From positions 384,001-448,000 of the forward strand of contig JBMNIF010000003.1 in NCBI GenBank assembly GCA_050950765.1: a stretch of 64,000 nt of DNA. The letters are read 5' to 3'. Of this stretch, positions 49,480 to 60,069 are shown piece after piece (positions within the stretch are counted from its first letter, which is position 1; each line of letters starts with the position of its first letter). The translations under genes were made by a program, and so were the position numbers. Source of the DNA: Bdellovibrionota bacterium (lineage in GTDB: Bacteria > Bdellovibrionota_C > UBA2361 > JAAYZI01). The notes under the pieces were generated by a model. It searched no databases and was not told where the DNA came from. It saw nothing but the letters and a program-made list of their open reading frames with translations.

Positions 49480-49495
49480 AGCAAAACCCGATCCA
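49480..49495 (-). promoter_or_regulatory. Sigma54 -24/-12 promoter of the fliK-flgDE operon
   Basis: TGGATCGGGTTTTGCT (GG-N10-GC); IHF-like TTTCAATATGTTA at 49524-49536. Confidence 0.7.
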
Positions 49496-49794
49496 GCACC
49501 ACAACAAAAGAAGGACTGAATGTTTTCAATATGTTAGGACGAGAGCGGATGAATCTTCAGAAGGCAATTTCTACCCCCCTCCCCTTCTAGCAGAAAAGTT
49601 TTCCTATATTTTTTGAGGGAAGAGAGGTGGTGTCTACTAAAGAGCTTTTCCTGCCTTCTTTTAAAAGAAAAGTTTTCTTATATTTTTTATTAGACGGTGG
49701 ATAACCTCATGTGTTGTTTCAAAATTGATCTATTTAAAAAAAACGGATATGAAAACACACTACTGTTAATTATGCCTACTCTTACGGAGCTTTA

Positions 49795-51792
49795 ATGCTT
49801 AATTACATTAAGAATCTATCAAAGTCTTTTGACAGGCAATTTTCTGAAAACGGGTTATTACGCTTTGATATAAAATTGCAATTAGTGTTGTTTTGCTCAC
49901 TCCTCTTATTTGTTTTATTTATAACTTGTAAGCTTTCCTTTTCTTCTATCGGAATGTGGAATGAGATATTTCCAGAGGAAGGTATTTCCACAACATTATT
50001 TGGGAAACCTAAAGGTATAAGATCTGATGAATGGTTGGTGATTTCTCCAATGTACCTATCCCAGATGCAGCAGAATGGCACCCTTGACAGTCAGAATTTA
50101 GGCGCAAAGGGCTCTGCCTTATTACTATCACTCCCAACAGCATCCATATTTTCCATAATACGACCATCTCTTGTCGGAGCAGCTTTTCTGTCGGAAGAGT
50201 TTGCATTTTCATATAGTTGGGCTGTCAGAACTATTGTCTTCTGGCTCTCCTCTTTTTTAGTTTTAATGCTACTAACTAAAAACAGGCTTTTAATTTCATT
50301 CTTATGTTCATTATTTCTATATTTTTCCGGCTTTGTGCAATGGTGGTTCTCAAGCGTTAATCTTTACATGACCAGCATTAATGTGATTTTTCTAGCAAGT
50401 TGTTATTTTATTTTATCGTCTAAAAAAACAAATATCCTGTTAGCGACTATTATAGGCTCCTTATTCTTTATTGATTTTGTCCTTGTTTTATACCCTCCGT
50501 TTTTAATTCCGTTAGTTCATCTATATCTATTTATACTTATTGGGTGGAGCCTCGATAATTGGGATAAGAAGAGAATTTTTAAATACCTACATTTAAAGAT
50601 AGCACTATTTTTTATTGTAATCTTTTCTCTAACTACATTTTTCTTATCATTTTACAACTCTGCAAAAGAAGCTATTTATCTTATCCAACACACTGTCTAT
50701 CCAGGGGCTCGTTCCATTTCAGGAGGGGGGCTCCCATTTTCTGATCTTTTTACAGGTTTTTTTACACTATTTTTAACAGAATCTATTGCAACAAAGCTTG
50801 GGACAAATATCTGTGAGCTAAGTAATTTTACTTTTGTTTGGCCACTTTTATTTTTCCCTTTCTTTAAGATTAGAAATATTAGGGGGGTGCGCTATCTTTT
50901 TATCTCTCTTGCTGCATATTTTATCTTTATTTCAATCTGGATTTTTTATGGGTTCCCTGAACCCTTAGCTAAGATAACTCTTATGAATGTAGTTCAACCG
51001 AAACGTGCTTTTATCGGAATGGGGATGGCAAACACTCTCTTTTTAGCCGTTTTTATGAGTATGAATCATTTTGAACTTACTAAATCAAAAGCTCTCAAAG
51101 TTATTTCCTCCTTATTTCTACTCTTACTTTTATCGATTTTTTCCTACTATTCTTACAAGAGAAGTTTGGAATTGGGAGTGCTTCAGAATCCTCAACATCT
51201 AGTCTTATTCATTATAGCCTATTCAAGTATATTAATTGCACTTTACTATCGTAAGGAAATCGCCCTATTCCTACTTGCTGGAATAGCAGTTTTTTCAACT
51301 TATTCGGTAAATCCCATTGAGCATGGAATTGCTGCCATAAAAGGGAAAGAATTATCGAAAGTTATAAAAAAAGAGAGTGCGGGTGAAAATTATTGGATCG
51401 CATATAACGATAATAACATCACTGCCAATTTCGCTATGGCAAATGGTGCCAATGTTTTTAACGGGACAAAATACACTCCTCTCCTTGAAGAGTTAGCTAT
51501 ATTAGATCCTGAACATAAATATACTCAAATTTATAATAGATATGCGCACATTGCAGTTAACCCATTACCTGATAAAAAAGCACCTCCTCAATTTAAACTA
51601 TTTAGTCCTGATGCCTACATCATTGAAATACACCCCTGCTCTCCCTATTTAAAAAAACTTGGAATTACACACTTTATATTTTCAGGGAAGCCTGCCCCTG
51701 AACTTACACGCTGCCTCACTCCATTAAATCAAGAGCCTCTATCAGGTTCAGTTTTTATTTATAAAAGAAAGAACAAACGAATAAAACTTTAG
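49795..51792 (+). CDS. Polytopic membrane protein, probable GT-C-type glycan-modifying transferase (copy 1)
   Basis: Many TM segments, IRSDEW after the first TM, TVYPGAR; next to the polysaccharide locus. Confidence 0.7.
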   Translation: MLNYIKNLSKSFDRQFSENGLLRFDIKLQLVLFCSLLLFVLFITCKLSFSSIGMWNEIFPEEGISTTLFGKPKGIRSDEWLVISPMYLSQMQQNGTLDSQNLGAKGSALLLSLPTASIFSIIRPSLVGAAFLSEEFAFSYSWAVRTIVFWLSSFLVLMLLTKNRLLISFLCSLFLYFSGFVQWWFSSVNLYMTSINVIFLASCYFILSSKKTNILLATIIGSLFFIDFVLVLYPPFLIPLVHLYLFILIGWSLDNWDKKRIFKYLHLKIALFFIVIFSLTTFFLSFYNSAKEAIYLIQHTVYPGARSISGGGLPFSDLFTGFFTLFLTESIATKLGTNICELSNFTFVWPLLFFPFFKIRNIRGVRYLFISLAAYFIFISIWIFYGFPEPLAKITLMNVVQPKRAFIGMGMANTLFLAVFMSMNHFELTKSKALKVISSLFLLLLLSIFSYYSYKRSLELGVLQNPQHLVLFIIAYSSILIALYYRKEIALFLLAGIAVFSTYSVNPIEHGIAAIKGKELSKVIKKESAGENYWIAYNDNNITANFAMANGANVFNGTKYTPLLEELAILDPEHKYTQIYNRYAHIAVNPLPDKKAPPQFKLFSPDAYIIEIHPCSPYLKKLGITHFIFSGKPAPELTRCLTPLNQEPLSGSVFIYKRKNKRIKL

Positions 51793-51904
51793 CATCACTT
51801 GAGGCGGAGTTGTTTAGCGTGTTACTTTTCAAAATTGATTTATTTAGAAAAAACATATATGAAAACACACTACTGTTAATTGTCCATAATTTTACGGAGC
51901 TTTA

Positions 51905-53899
51905 ATGCTTAATTACATTAAGAATCTATCAAAGTCTTTTGACAGGCAATTTTCTGAAAACGGGTTATTACGCTTTGATATAAAATTGCAATTAGTGTTG
52001 TTTTGCTCACTCCTCTTATTTGTTTTATTTATAACTTGTAAGCTTTCCTTTTCTTCTATCGGAATGTGGAATGAGATATTTCCAGAGGAAGGTATTTCCA
52101 CAACATTATTTGGGAAGCCTAAAAGTATAAGATCTGATGAATGGTTGGTTTTTTCTTCAATGTATTTATCTCAAATGCAGCAAAATGGCACCCTTGATAG
52201 TCAGAATTTAGGCGCAAAAGGCTCTGCCTTATTACTATCACTCCCAACAGCATCCATATTTTCCATAATACGACCATCTCTTATCGGAGCAGCTTTTCTG
52301 CCGGAGGAGTTTGCATTTTCATATACTTGGGCTATCAGAACTATTGTCTTCTGGCTCTCCTCTTTTTTAGTTTTAATGCTGCTAACTAAAAACAGGTTTT
52401 TAATTTCATTCTTATGTTCATTATTTCTATATTTTTCCGGCTTTGTACAATGGTGGTTCCCAACCGTTAATCTTTGTATGACCGGCATTAATGTGATTTT
52501 TCTAGCAAGTTGTTATTTTATTTTATCGTCTAAAAAAACAAATATCCTGTTAGCGACTATTATAGGTTCCTTATTCTTTATTGATTTTGTCCTTGTTTTA
52601 TACCCTCCGTTTTTAATTCCATTAGCTTATCTATATCTATTTATGCTCATTGGATGGAGCTTCGATAATTGGGATAAAAAGAGAATTTTTAAATACCTAC
52701 ATTTAAAGATAGCACTATTTTTTATTGCGATTTTTTCTCTAACTATATTTTTCTTATCATTTTACAACTCTGCAAAAGAAGCTATTTATCTTATCCAACA
52801 CACTGTCTATCCAGGGGCTCGTTCTCTTTTAGGAGGTAACTTCTCGTTTCCTGCTCTTCTTACAGGTTTTTTTACACCATTTTTAACAGAATCTATTGCA
52901 ATAAAGCTTGGGACAAATATCTGTGAACTAAGTAATTTTACTTTTGTTTGGCCACTTTTATTTTTCCCTTTCTTTAAGATTAAAAATATTAGCGGAGTGC
53001 GCTATCTTTTTATCTCTCTTGCTGCATATTTTATCTTTATTTCAATCTGGATTTTTTATGGGTTCCCTGAACCCTTAGCCAAGATAACTCTTATGAATGT
53101 AGTTCAACCGAAACGTGCTTTTATCGGAATGGGGATGGCAAACACTTTCTTTTTAGCCGTTTTTATGAGTATGAATCGTTTTGAACTTACTAAATCAAAA
53201 GCTCTCAAAGCTATTTCCTCCTTATTTCTACTCTTACTTTTATCGATTTTTTCCTACTATTCTTACAAGAGAAGTTTGGAATTGGGAGTGCTTCAGAATC
53301 CTCAACATCTAGTCTTATTCATTATAGCCTATTCAAGTATATTAATTGCACTTTACTATCGTAAGAAAATCGCTCTATTCCTACTTACTGGAATAGCAAT
53401 TTTTTCAACTTATTCGGTAAATCCCATTGAGTATGGAATTGCTGCAATAAAAGGAAGAGAATTGTCAAAAATTGTAAAAAAGGAGAGTGCAGGCAAAAAT
53501 TATTGGATCACATATAATAATAATACCACTGCCAATTTCGCTATGGCAAATGGAGCTAACGTTTTTAACGGAGTAAAATACACTCCTCTCCTTGAGAAAT
53601 TAGCTATATTAGATCCTGAACATAAATATACTCAAATTTATAATAGATATGCCAATATCACTACTACTTTGTTACCTGATAAAAAAGCACCTCCTCAATT
53701 TAAACTATTTAATCCTGATGCCTATAACATCGAAATACACCCCTGCTCTCCCTATTTAAAAAAACTTGGAATTACACACTTTATATTTTCAGGAAAGCCT
53801 GCCCCTGAACTTACACGCTGCCTCACTCCATTAAATCAAGAACCTCTATCAGGTTCAGTTTTTATTTATAAGAGAAAGAACAAACGAGTGAAACTTTAG
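51905..53899 (+). CDS. Tandem paralog of 49795-51792 (copy 2)
   Basis: About 92% aa identity by manual count; upstream region also duplicated. Confidence 0.7.
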   Translation: MLNYIKNLSKSFDRQFSENGLLRFDIKLQLVLFCSLLLFVLFITCKLSFSSIGMWNEIFPEEGISTTLFGKPKSIRSDEWLVFSSMYLSQMQQNGTLDSQNLGAKGSALLLSLPTASIFSIIRPSLIGAAFLPEEFAFSYTWAIRTIVFWLSSFLVLMLLTKNRFLISFLCSLFLYFSGFVQWWFPTVNLCMTGINVIFLASCYFILSSKKTNILLATIIGSLFFIDFVLVLYPPFLIPLAYLYLFMLIGWSFDNWDKKRIFKYLHLKIALFFIAIFSLTIFFLSFYNSAKEAIYLIQHTVYPGARSLLGGNFSFPALLTGFFTPFLTESIAIKLGTNICELSNFTFVWPLLFFPFFKIKNISGVRYLFISLAAYFIFISIWIFYGFPEPLAKITLMNVVQPKRAFIGMGMANTFFLAVFMSMNRFELTKSKALKAISSLFLLLLLSIFSYYSYKRSLELGVLQNPQHLVLFIIAYSSILIALYYRKKIALFLLTGIAIFSTYSVNPIEYGIAAIKGRELSKIVKKESAGKNYWITYNNNTTANFAMANGANVFNGVKYTPLLEKLAILDPEHKYTQIYNRYANITTTLLPDKKAPPQFKLFNPDAYNIEIHPCSPYLKKLGITHFIFSGKPAPELTRCLTPLNQEPLSGSVFIYKRKNKRVKL

Positions 53900-54002
53900 T
53901 ATTACTTAAGATAGACTCATTTAACGTTTATATCTAATTAACTATCAAACACTAAGCAAAATCAGATAAAGATATCTTTTATTTTTCATAGAATAAAAAC
54001 CA

Positions 54003-55034
54003 TCAATTTTCATGGGCAAACAACAACTGCAATATCTTTTCAGCTGTTTGTTTCCATTGAAACTTTTCTCTAGCGAAAAAATAACATTGCTTAGAAACCT
54101 GCTGTAACCAAGCTTTATCTGTTTGAGCTCTTTTCACATATCTAAGCACATCCCATGGGGAGTTTAATAAAAATGGAGAAACCTCCGGATGCGCACCAAT
54201 ATCCAAGCAAAGCGAAAAAGTTCCCACAGCTTGTGCTTCAACTACAGGAAGATTAAAACCTTCCCACAAACTAAAAGAAACAAAGATATCCAGTGACCTT
54301 AGATATTTATATTTATCAACATCACTTAAGTTAAGGTGTGTTTCAATTCCCATCTGATTAAAATTTGCCGCATCCTCAAGACTTCCGCGCCCCGCAACAT
54401 GAGGTTCTATTAAGATCCCATTTTTTCGCGCATATCTAACAAAATCTAGGAAGTCTTGATTCCCTTTATAATACGCCTCTCCTTGTCCTATCCGCATCAG
54501 TGTTCCGATTTTTATTGGAGCTTTTGAGGTAAGATCTATCTTTTTTACACCAAAATCAGTAGCGTGATCAGAACCGAAATGAACAGTTTTAGCAGCAATA
54601 AAATTGATGTCATGCTTTATAAAATACGAGCAGCCAAGAACATTCCCGCTAAGAAAAGGATAAACATTTTCCTGCTTATTCTTTATAATAGCAGACCTTT
54701 CCTCAGCATCTGTGCTAAATAATTCAGGAGTCGGATCTCCATATTCCCAAGCCCAACACTTATAATTTTTCGAAAGGTCAGGCAATATCTCAAAAAATGG
54801 ACTTGTTAAAGCGCAAATAATATCGGGCTTAATACGATCTGCAATCTCTCTTGTTTTTTGCAAATCGTTTCCAATTTGATAGACTGGGCAATTAAGACCT
54901 GCCATATCTCCATGGCAACAGATAACTGCACACTCAACGTCTCGTTTTTGAAATTCGGGGATCAGTTGCTGCAAAACCACAGGAACCCCATAACCGTCAT
55001 ACATAACAACTGCTAAAAACAATACCTTCTGCAT
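54003..55034 (-). CDS. Glycosyltransferase, GT4/GT-B
   Basis: SLWEGFNLPVVEAQAVG (EX7E). Confidence 0.88.
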   Translation of the reverse strand: MQKVLFLAVVMYDGYGVPVVLQQLIPEFQKRDVECAVICCHGDMAGLNCPVYQIGNDLQKTREIADRIKPDIICALTSPFFEILPDLSKNYKCWAWEYGDPTPELFSTDAEERSAIIKNKQENVYPFLSGNVLGCSYFIKHDINFIAAKTVHFGSDHATDFGVKKIDLTSKAPIKIGTLMRIGQGEAYYKGNQDFLDFVRYARKNGILIEPHVAGRGSLEDAANFNQMGIETHLNLSDVDKYKYLRSLDIFVSFSLWEGFNLPVVEAQAVGTFSLCLDIGAHPEVSPFLLNSPWDVLRYVKRAQTDKAWLQQVSKQCYFFAREKFQWKQTAEKILQLLFAHEN

Positions 55035-55057
55035 AATCAAACGATCCAACTAGAATT

Positions 55058-58000
55058 TTAATTTTGATAATTTTTTAAATACAACTCTATATAAGAAAGA
55101 TATTTTCTCAAAAACCTTCTTCTATCAGCCCAATTTTCATCCCCTTTTGGACGAGTGGCATTTTCAATATGAATGATATGCCCCAAATTAAAACACTTTG
55201 AATAATACCCCAAACGCGACAACTCTAAGCAAAAAGCTGCATCTTGACATTCACTTTGATAATGTTCGTCCAAACCGTTCACAAATGAATAAAGTTCATT
55301 TCTTACCATCAAGAAAGCCCCAGTTACTGTTGGATATCTCTTCTCTTGAGGAATATCAGAAGCTATTATTTTTTGTCGATGATTTACATGATAAGGCAAT
55401 CCGAAAATATCCGGCTGCTTTAAAAATTCACACCCCATATGTTGAATCGTACCGTCAGGATAATACAAGACAGCACCTAAACACCCCAACTCCTTATCTT
55501 CGATCAATTTGCTATAAGCATCAAACAACAATTTCTCATTTGGCGGCAGAATAATATCATTATTAAGTAATAAAACGGCATCTCCAGAAGCTTCCCGCTG
55601 TAATAAATTATTACACCTCGAAAACTGATATTTTAGCCCCATCTTAATTAAGACTTGCCCAGCAACAGTTTTATAAAAACTTAAAACCTCCTCATTAGTT
55701 GTACCAGTATCACCGATTATAATTTCATAAAAACAGTGGGCAGTTTCAAAAGCTTTCTTTTGCTGAATCAGCTGTTTTAGTAATGGAATTATCAATTCAG
55801 GGGCATCTTTAGTTACGATCAAGACAGACAAGCCTTTTTGCAACTGTTTTTCTTGATATAGCGGGGAAGTGCCTTTTTGTACTTCTCGAATTCTATCAAG
55901 ATTCGATTGATCTCCATAAATATTTAAAGGCTCCCTCAATTCAAAAGAAGAGAAGCCACATCTATTGTAATCAGCAAGCCAACTCTTTTCGACTCGTGTT
56001 TGCTGAGCAATTGCAAAGTCATTCGCATTAAAGGTCAAATTTTGATTGTATGCAGGGTCATTAGCAATTAAGAATTTCCACTTCTTTTGCACAAAAGCTG
56101 CTTCTTTTGCACAACGCAACATTTTCTCATGATTAACGTTATCCTCCCCTCTTGAAGCAGATTCATGATGAATTACTTTAGCATACGGAGTAAAAACATT
56201 TCGATATCCTAACTTCTGCAATTTAAGCGTGAGGTCTACATCATTAAAAGCCACAGCCAAATGTTCCTCATCTAAACCATCAACAGCATCAAAAAGACGT
56301 TTTCGGACTAAAAGACACGCAGCAGAAAGGGCAGAATAGTTCCTGCGAAACGCTCCGTATTTTTGATATGTTTTATTTGTCAATTCGCATCCTGCGAAGA
56401 CGTGCGTTGCTAAACCGTGTGGTCCGAGTATTACACCGGCGTGTTGTATCTTTCCATTTGGATATAAAAGCAATGGAGCTACACTAGCGACATTATCCCT
56501 TAAGCCTTCTGCTACCACCTCATTCAACCAATTACGATCGACAATCTCCAAGTCATTATTCATCAGCAATAAAAATTCACCATTCGCATTATTCGCTGCC
56601 AAATTATTTAACGCCGAATAATTAAATGGTGAATCATCTCTGATAATTCTAAGATTTTGCTTATTTGCTAATGTTGCAAAAAAGCTCAAGGTTTCTTCTT
56701 TTACAGAACCATTATCAACAATAATTATTTCATAATTTTTATAGTCAGTTTTTGTAAAAATACCCGTTAAACAAACTCTTAATAAATCAACACAATCTCT
56801 TGTAGGAATAATTATCGAAACTAACGGCTCTTCAGTTTTAATCTTATATCGAATTGCAGGCAAGTTATCTTCATAAACAACTTTTGCATGAAGGTTAACA
56901 TTTTTGTCATTAATCAAATTACAATAATCGCTTAAAACCAGCTCACCTTCTTTTAGAAATATCTTCCGATTTTGTTTCCTTTTAACCTTACTAAAAATTG
57001 GGATTGCAATATGCTCTATTGCTTTAGGATGTTGTAGTGCAAGCTTAAGTAACAGCTCCCAATGATATTGATACGAAAACTTTGCATTAAAACCGCCAAA
57101 TCGTTTTAAAGCTCCAACGTTATAAAAGGCAGCATCCCCTATATAGTTTTTTGAAATTAAATAATCGAAATTAAGATCAGGTTTAAATGTAGGGTTATAT
57201 CTTTGCCCTTTAGTATTGATAATGTCTTCGTCAAAATAAATCGCACTTACACCACGACTTTTATTACATACTCGAGCAATTAGATAAAACGCCTGCTCTC
57301 TAAAGCGATCTCCAGCATTAACGAAAGAGATAAATTGCCCTACCTCGGGCAGATTGATTATTTCATTATAGTCGGCAACAGTAGTTTTACTTTTAGAAAC
57401 AACCATCACCTGTTTTTCACAGTTAAGTTCTGTAACAATTTTTTCGATTTTTGCCCTACTAGCTTCATTCACAAGAATTATCGAATTCCAAGAATCATAG
57501 GTTTGTTTAGTAATGGATAGAATGGTGCTTCTAAGTTTTCGTAATTTTTTATCTTCGACATTTATGACAATAGAAAATTTTGGATGCCACTCAAAAGCAT
57601 TGCAGGCAGTAATGATCTTCTGCAAATCTTCATTAGTTAATCCAAAATTATCGTTATACCACTGCTCATAAACAGATATCTCAAATAAACTTTTTGTAAC
57701 TGTTTTAAAATAATTTTTGATATCAGCTTTATTAAGATCCTTCCCTGTTAATAATTTCAGAAAACATTTAACACTCTTCTTTATGCCATTTTTTAAAGGT
57801 AGCGGTAGTTTCGCCGCAATATAGTGATACCCCTTTTTTAATAATGCTTTCTTATCAGGATGTTTAAGTGCTTTCTTTAACAATCCCACAGAATAACGCA
57901 CTCTATGTCCAGCTTTAAATAAACGGTGCTCTAAAGATTTCAATTCCTGCTCTTTTACTTGAATCAATTGATTCTGTTTCTCAAGCTCTGCATATAATTC

Positions 58001-59815
58001 TACTACTAACTGTTCTTTTTGCTTCAGATTATCTTGTGTTTTTTTCAACTCCTTTTGCAAGGCAACGATGTTATTATTGTTCTCAAGGATTAAGTCATAA
58101 CGCTTAACCAGTTCGGTATAAATTTTATTCAAAAAATTATTTATTGAATGATCTTGATTAATCTCTTCAAAACTGGAGCGTAATTGAAAATCTAATTCTT
58201 CATATCCACTTAATAAGGGAAGGTCGATAAATGTTAAGTATCTTTCATAATAATCTTTTGCGCTCCCCTGTTTTTCCAGTACAAACTGAATTTCAGCTTC
58301 TGCAAGTAATATTTTGTCTATCTCTTCATTTGAGATCTGAAAATCAATTAACTCCAGATAATTAGAAATTATATTTCGTGGCGTTTGTCCAATGAGAATT
58401 CCATACTCCTTTATTTGAGAAAGAGTATGGAGGATACCTCGAACCAGTATACTTTTTATTGAACTATTACTATCAACAAAGGTATCATTATCTATAAAAG
58501 AAATTTTACCTGTGGAATCAACTATTAAATTATGTGGAATAGCATCTATAAATTCTTTCGGTAATAAACCACCTTCTGCAAGATTAGATTTTAAGAAATC
58601 ACTCCAAGATCGGAACCATTGTACAAGATCTTCTTGAGTGCCCTTTCTCCATAATATTTTTTTTAATATCTGCAGATAAGATTCACCACTGACATAATCT
58701 TCTTCACGTACTGCAACACAACGATTCTTTTCAAGAGACGATACACTTTTCAGAACTGTGATCCTATTTCCTTGGATTTTGAATGTCTGGACATAAGACG
58801 GGGTTTCTTTATATGGAGTTGTGTAATATTTCGCCAACCACTGATCTGCAAGCGCCCCAGCTTTGTTCTTTGAAGCAAAAACAAGAAAAGAATTGGCCAA
58901 TTCTGAACCTAAGCCATTTTTTGCAAGCGTTCCTCGCACTAAAGAATCTTCAAAAATGGATACCTGTTCAACGCCATTAAAAGTATTCTTTGTTTTTAAA
59001 AGTAGATCCGGAACATTAAATTTACTTTCATTAAATCCTTTTTCTGAAACAACCACATTTGGTAACTTATAATCAGGGAATGGATAAAAGAAATCTACCT
59101 TTTCGAAACCTGCCTTCAAAATCCTATTTTTTAAATCTCCTTTACCAAAAGTAACGGGAGTCTCTTTGGTATATAGATCCTGAACTCCGAAGAACGCCTT
59201 TGCTACGTGATCCTCTGGATACCCAGCAAGATACTTCAACCCTAGCTGATTTTCTATGGCAACTATTAAAGTGCCGTTGTCAGACAACATATTCAAGCAA
59301 TGTTGTAGACAGGTCCGAACGGGATTCTCTGAATTGATAAAAAGAGGAGAGTATTCTAGAACTCCAATTAAAGAGATAACATCAAATTTCTCCTGCGAAT
59401 TAAAATCCATTAAGTTTGAGACATAAACCTTGACATTAGGTAGATCAGAACATCTGGCTGCTGCAACCTTAGCACGTGAAAAACTCCCTTCAATCCCCGT
59501 AACTTGAGCACCTGTTTCTCCCCAGAAGCGCAAGATAGCCCCACAGCCACAACCAAGATCTAAGATATTTTTGCAATTAGAAAAATCAAACGGTCGTAAT
59601 AAATTCTGTCTAACAGAACTTAAATGATACTCACTAGGCCAATCTTTAATATGAGCGCTTAATTCTTGAGAATAGGAAGATTTATCGGCAGCAGCAGAGA
59701 CAACGTCGTAAATATATTTCTCTATCTCCTCTCCATCAGAGTATGCAAAGTTTTCAAGTTCTGCTCTATGCCACACCCTAAATTGCTCATCGTAAATAAA
59801 ATCTTTCATACTCAC
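55058..59815 (-). CDS. Multidomain methyltransferase, kinase-like, coiled-coil and GT2 protein
   Basis: ILDLGCGCGA, IGVLEY; DAIPHN..FIDND; heptad-rich segment; VSIIIPTRD, VDNGS, NND, FNDVD; further GT2 with LLNND and QDAAFC. Confidence 0.88.
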   Translation of the reverse strand: MSMKDFIYDEQFRVWHRAELENFAYSDGEEIEKYIYDVVSAAADKSSYSQELSAHIKDWPSEYHLSSVRQNLLRPFDFSNCKNILDLGCGCGAILRFWGETGAQVTGIEGSFSRAKVAAARCSDLPNVKVYVSNLMDFNSQEKFDVISLIGVLEYSPLFINSENPVRTCLQHCLNMLSDNGTLIVAIENQLGLKYLAGYPEDHVAKAFFGVQDLYTKETPVTFGKGDLKNRILKAGFEKVDFFYPFPDYKLPNVVVSEKGFNESKFNVPDLLLKTKNTFNGVEQVSIFEDSLVRGTLAKNGLGSELANSFLVFASKNKAGALADQWLAKYYTTPYKETPSYVQTFKIQGNRITVLKSVSSLEKNRCVAVREEDYVSGESYLQILKKILWRKGTQEDLVQWFRSWSDFLKSNLAEGGLLPKEFIDAIPHNLIVDSTGKISFIDNDTFVDSNSSIKSILVRGILHTLSQIKEYGILIGQTPRNIISNYLELIDFQISNEEIDKILLAEAEIQFVLEKQGSAKDYYERYLTFIDLPLLSGYEELDFQLRSSFEEINQDHSINNFLNKIYTELVKRYDLILENNNNIVALQKELKKTQDNLKQKEQLVVELYAELEKQNQLIQVKEQELKSLEHRLFKAGHRVRYSVGLLKKALKHPDKKALLKKGYHYIAAKLPLPLKNGIKKSVKCFLKLLTGKDLNKADIKNYFKTVTKSLFEISVYEQWYNDNFGLTNEDLQKIITACNAFEWHPKFSIVINVEDKKLRKLRSTILSITKQTYDSWNSIILVNEASRAKIEKIVTELNCEKQVMVVSKSKTTVADYNEIINLPEVGQFISFVNAGDRFREQAFYLIARVCNKSRGVSAIYFDEDIINTKGQRYNPTFKPDLNFDYLISKNYIGDAAFYNVGALKRFGGFNAKFSYQYHWELLLKLALQHPKAIEHIAIPIFSKVKRKQNRKIFLKEGELVLSDYCNLINDKNVNLHAKVVYEDNLPAIRYKIKTEEPLVSIIIPTRDCVDLLRVCLTGIFTKTDYKNYEIIIVDNGSVKEETLSFFATLANKQNLRIIRDDSPFNYSALNNLAANNANGEFLLLMNNDLEIVDRNWLNEVVAEGLRDNVASVAPLLLYPNGKIQHAGVILGPHGLATHVFAGCELTNKTYQKYGAFRRNYSALSAACLLVRKRLFDAVDGLDEEHLAVAFNDVDLTLKLQKLGYRNVFTPYAKVIHHESASRGEDNVNHEKMLRCAKEAAFVQKKWKFLIANDPAYNQNLTFNANDFAIAQQTRVEKSWLADYNRCGFSSFELREPLNIYGDQSNLDRIREVQKGTSPLYQEKQLQKGLSVLIVTKDAPELIIPLLKQLIQQKKAFETAHCFYEIIIGDTGTTNEEVLSFYKTVAGQVLIKMGLKYQFSRCNNLLQREASGDAVLLLNNDIILPPNEKLLFDAYSKLIEDKELGCLGAVLYYPDGTIQHMGCEFLKQPDIFGLPYHVNHRQKIIASDIPQEKRYPTVTGAFLMVRNELYSFVNGLDEHYQSECQDAAFCLELSRLGYYSKCFNLGHIIHIENATRPKGDENWADRRRFLRKYLSYIELYLKNYQN

Positions 59816-60069
59816 TCACGATCAATATAAGGGCTACTTTCATCATATACTTACAATGTAAAAAGCATATAATTCTTTATGAAATATCCTTACAAATTCT
59901 AAAAAACATTTACTAAAGCCCCCCCTACACAAGGCTCGCCTTCCCTAGCCTTATTCTGAAGTAAGATACTCTAATTTAAGAAGATAAAAGTCAATAAAAG
60001 CGTATAAAAACACCTTTAATAAGTGATTGGGGGATAAAAGCCCCGTTTTTATGGTAAATCTATCTATAT

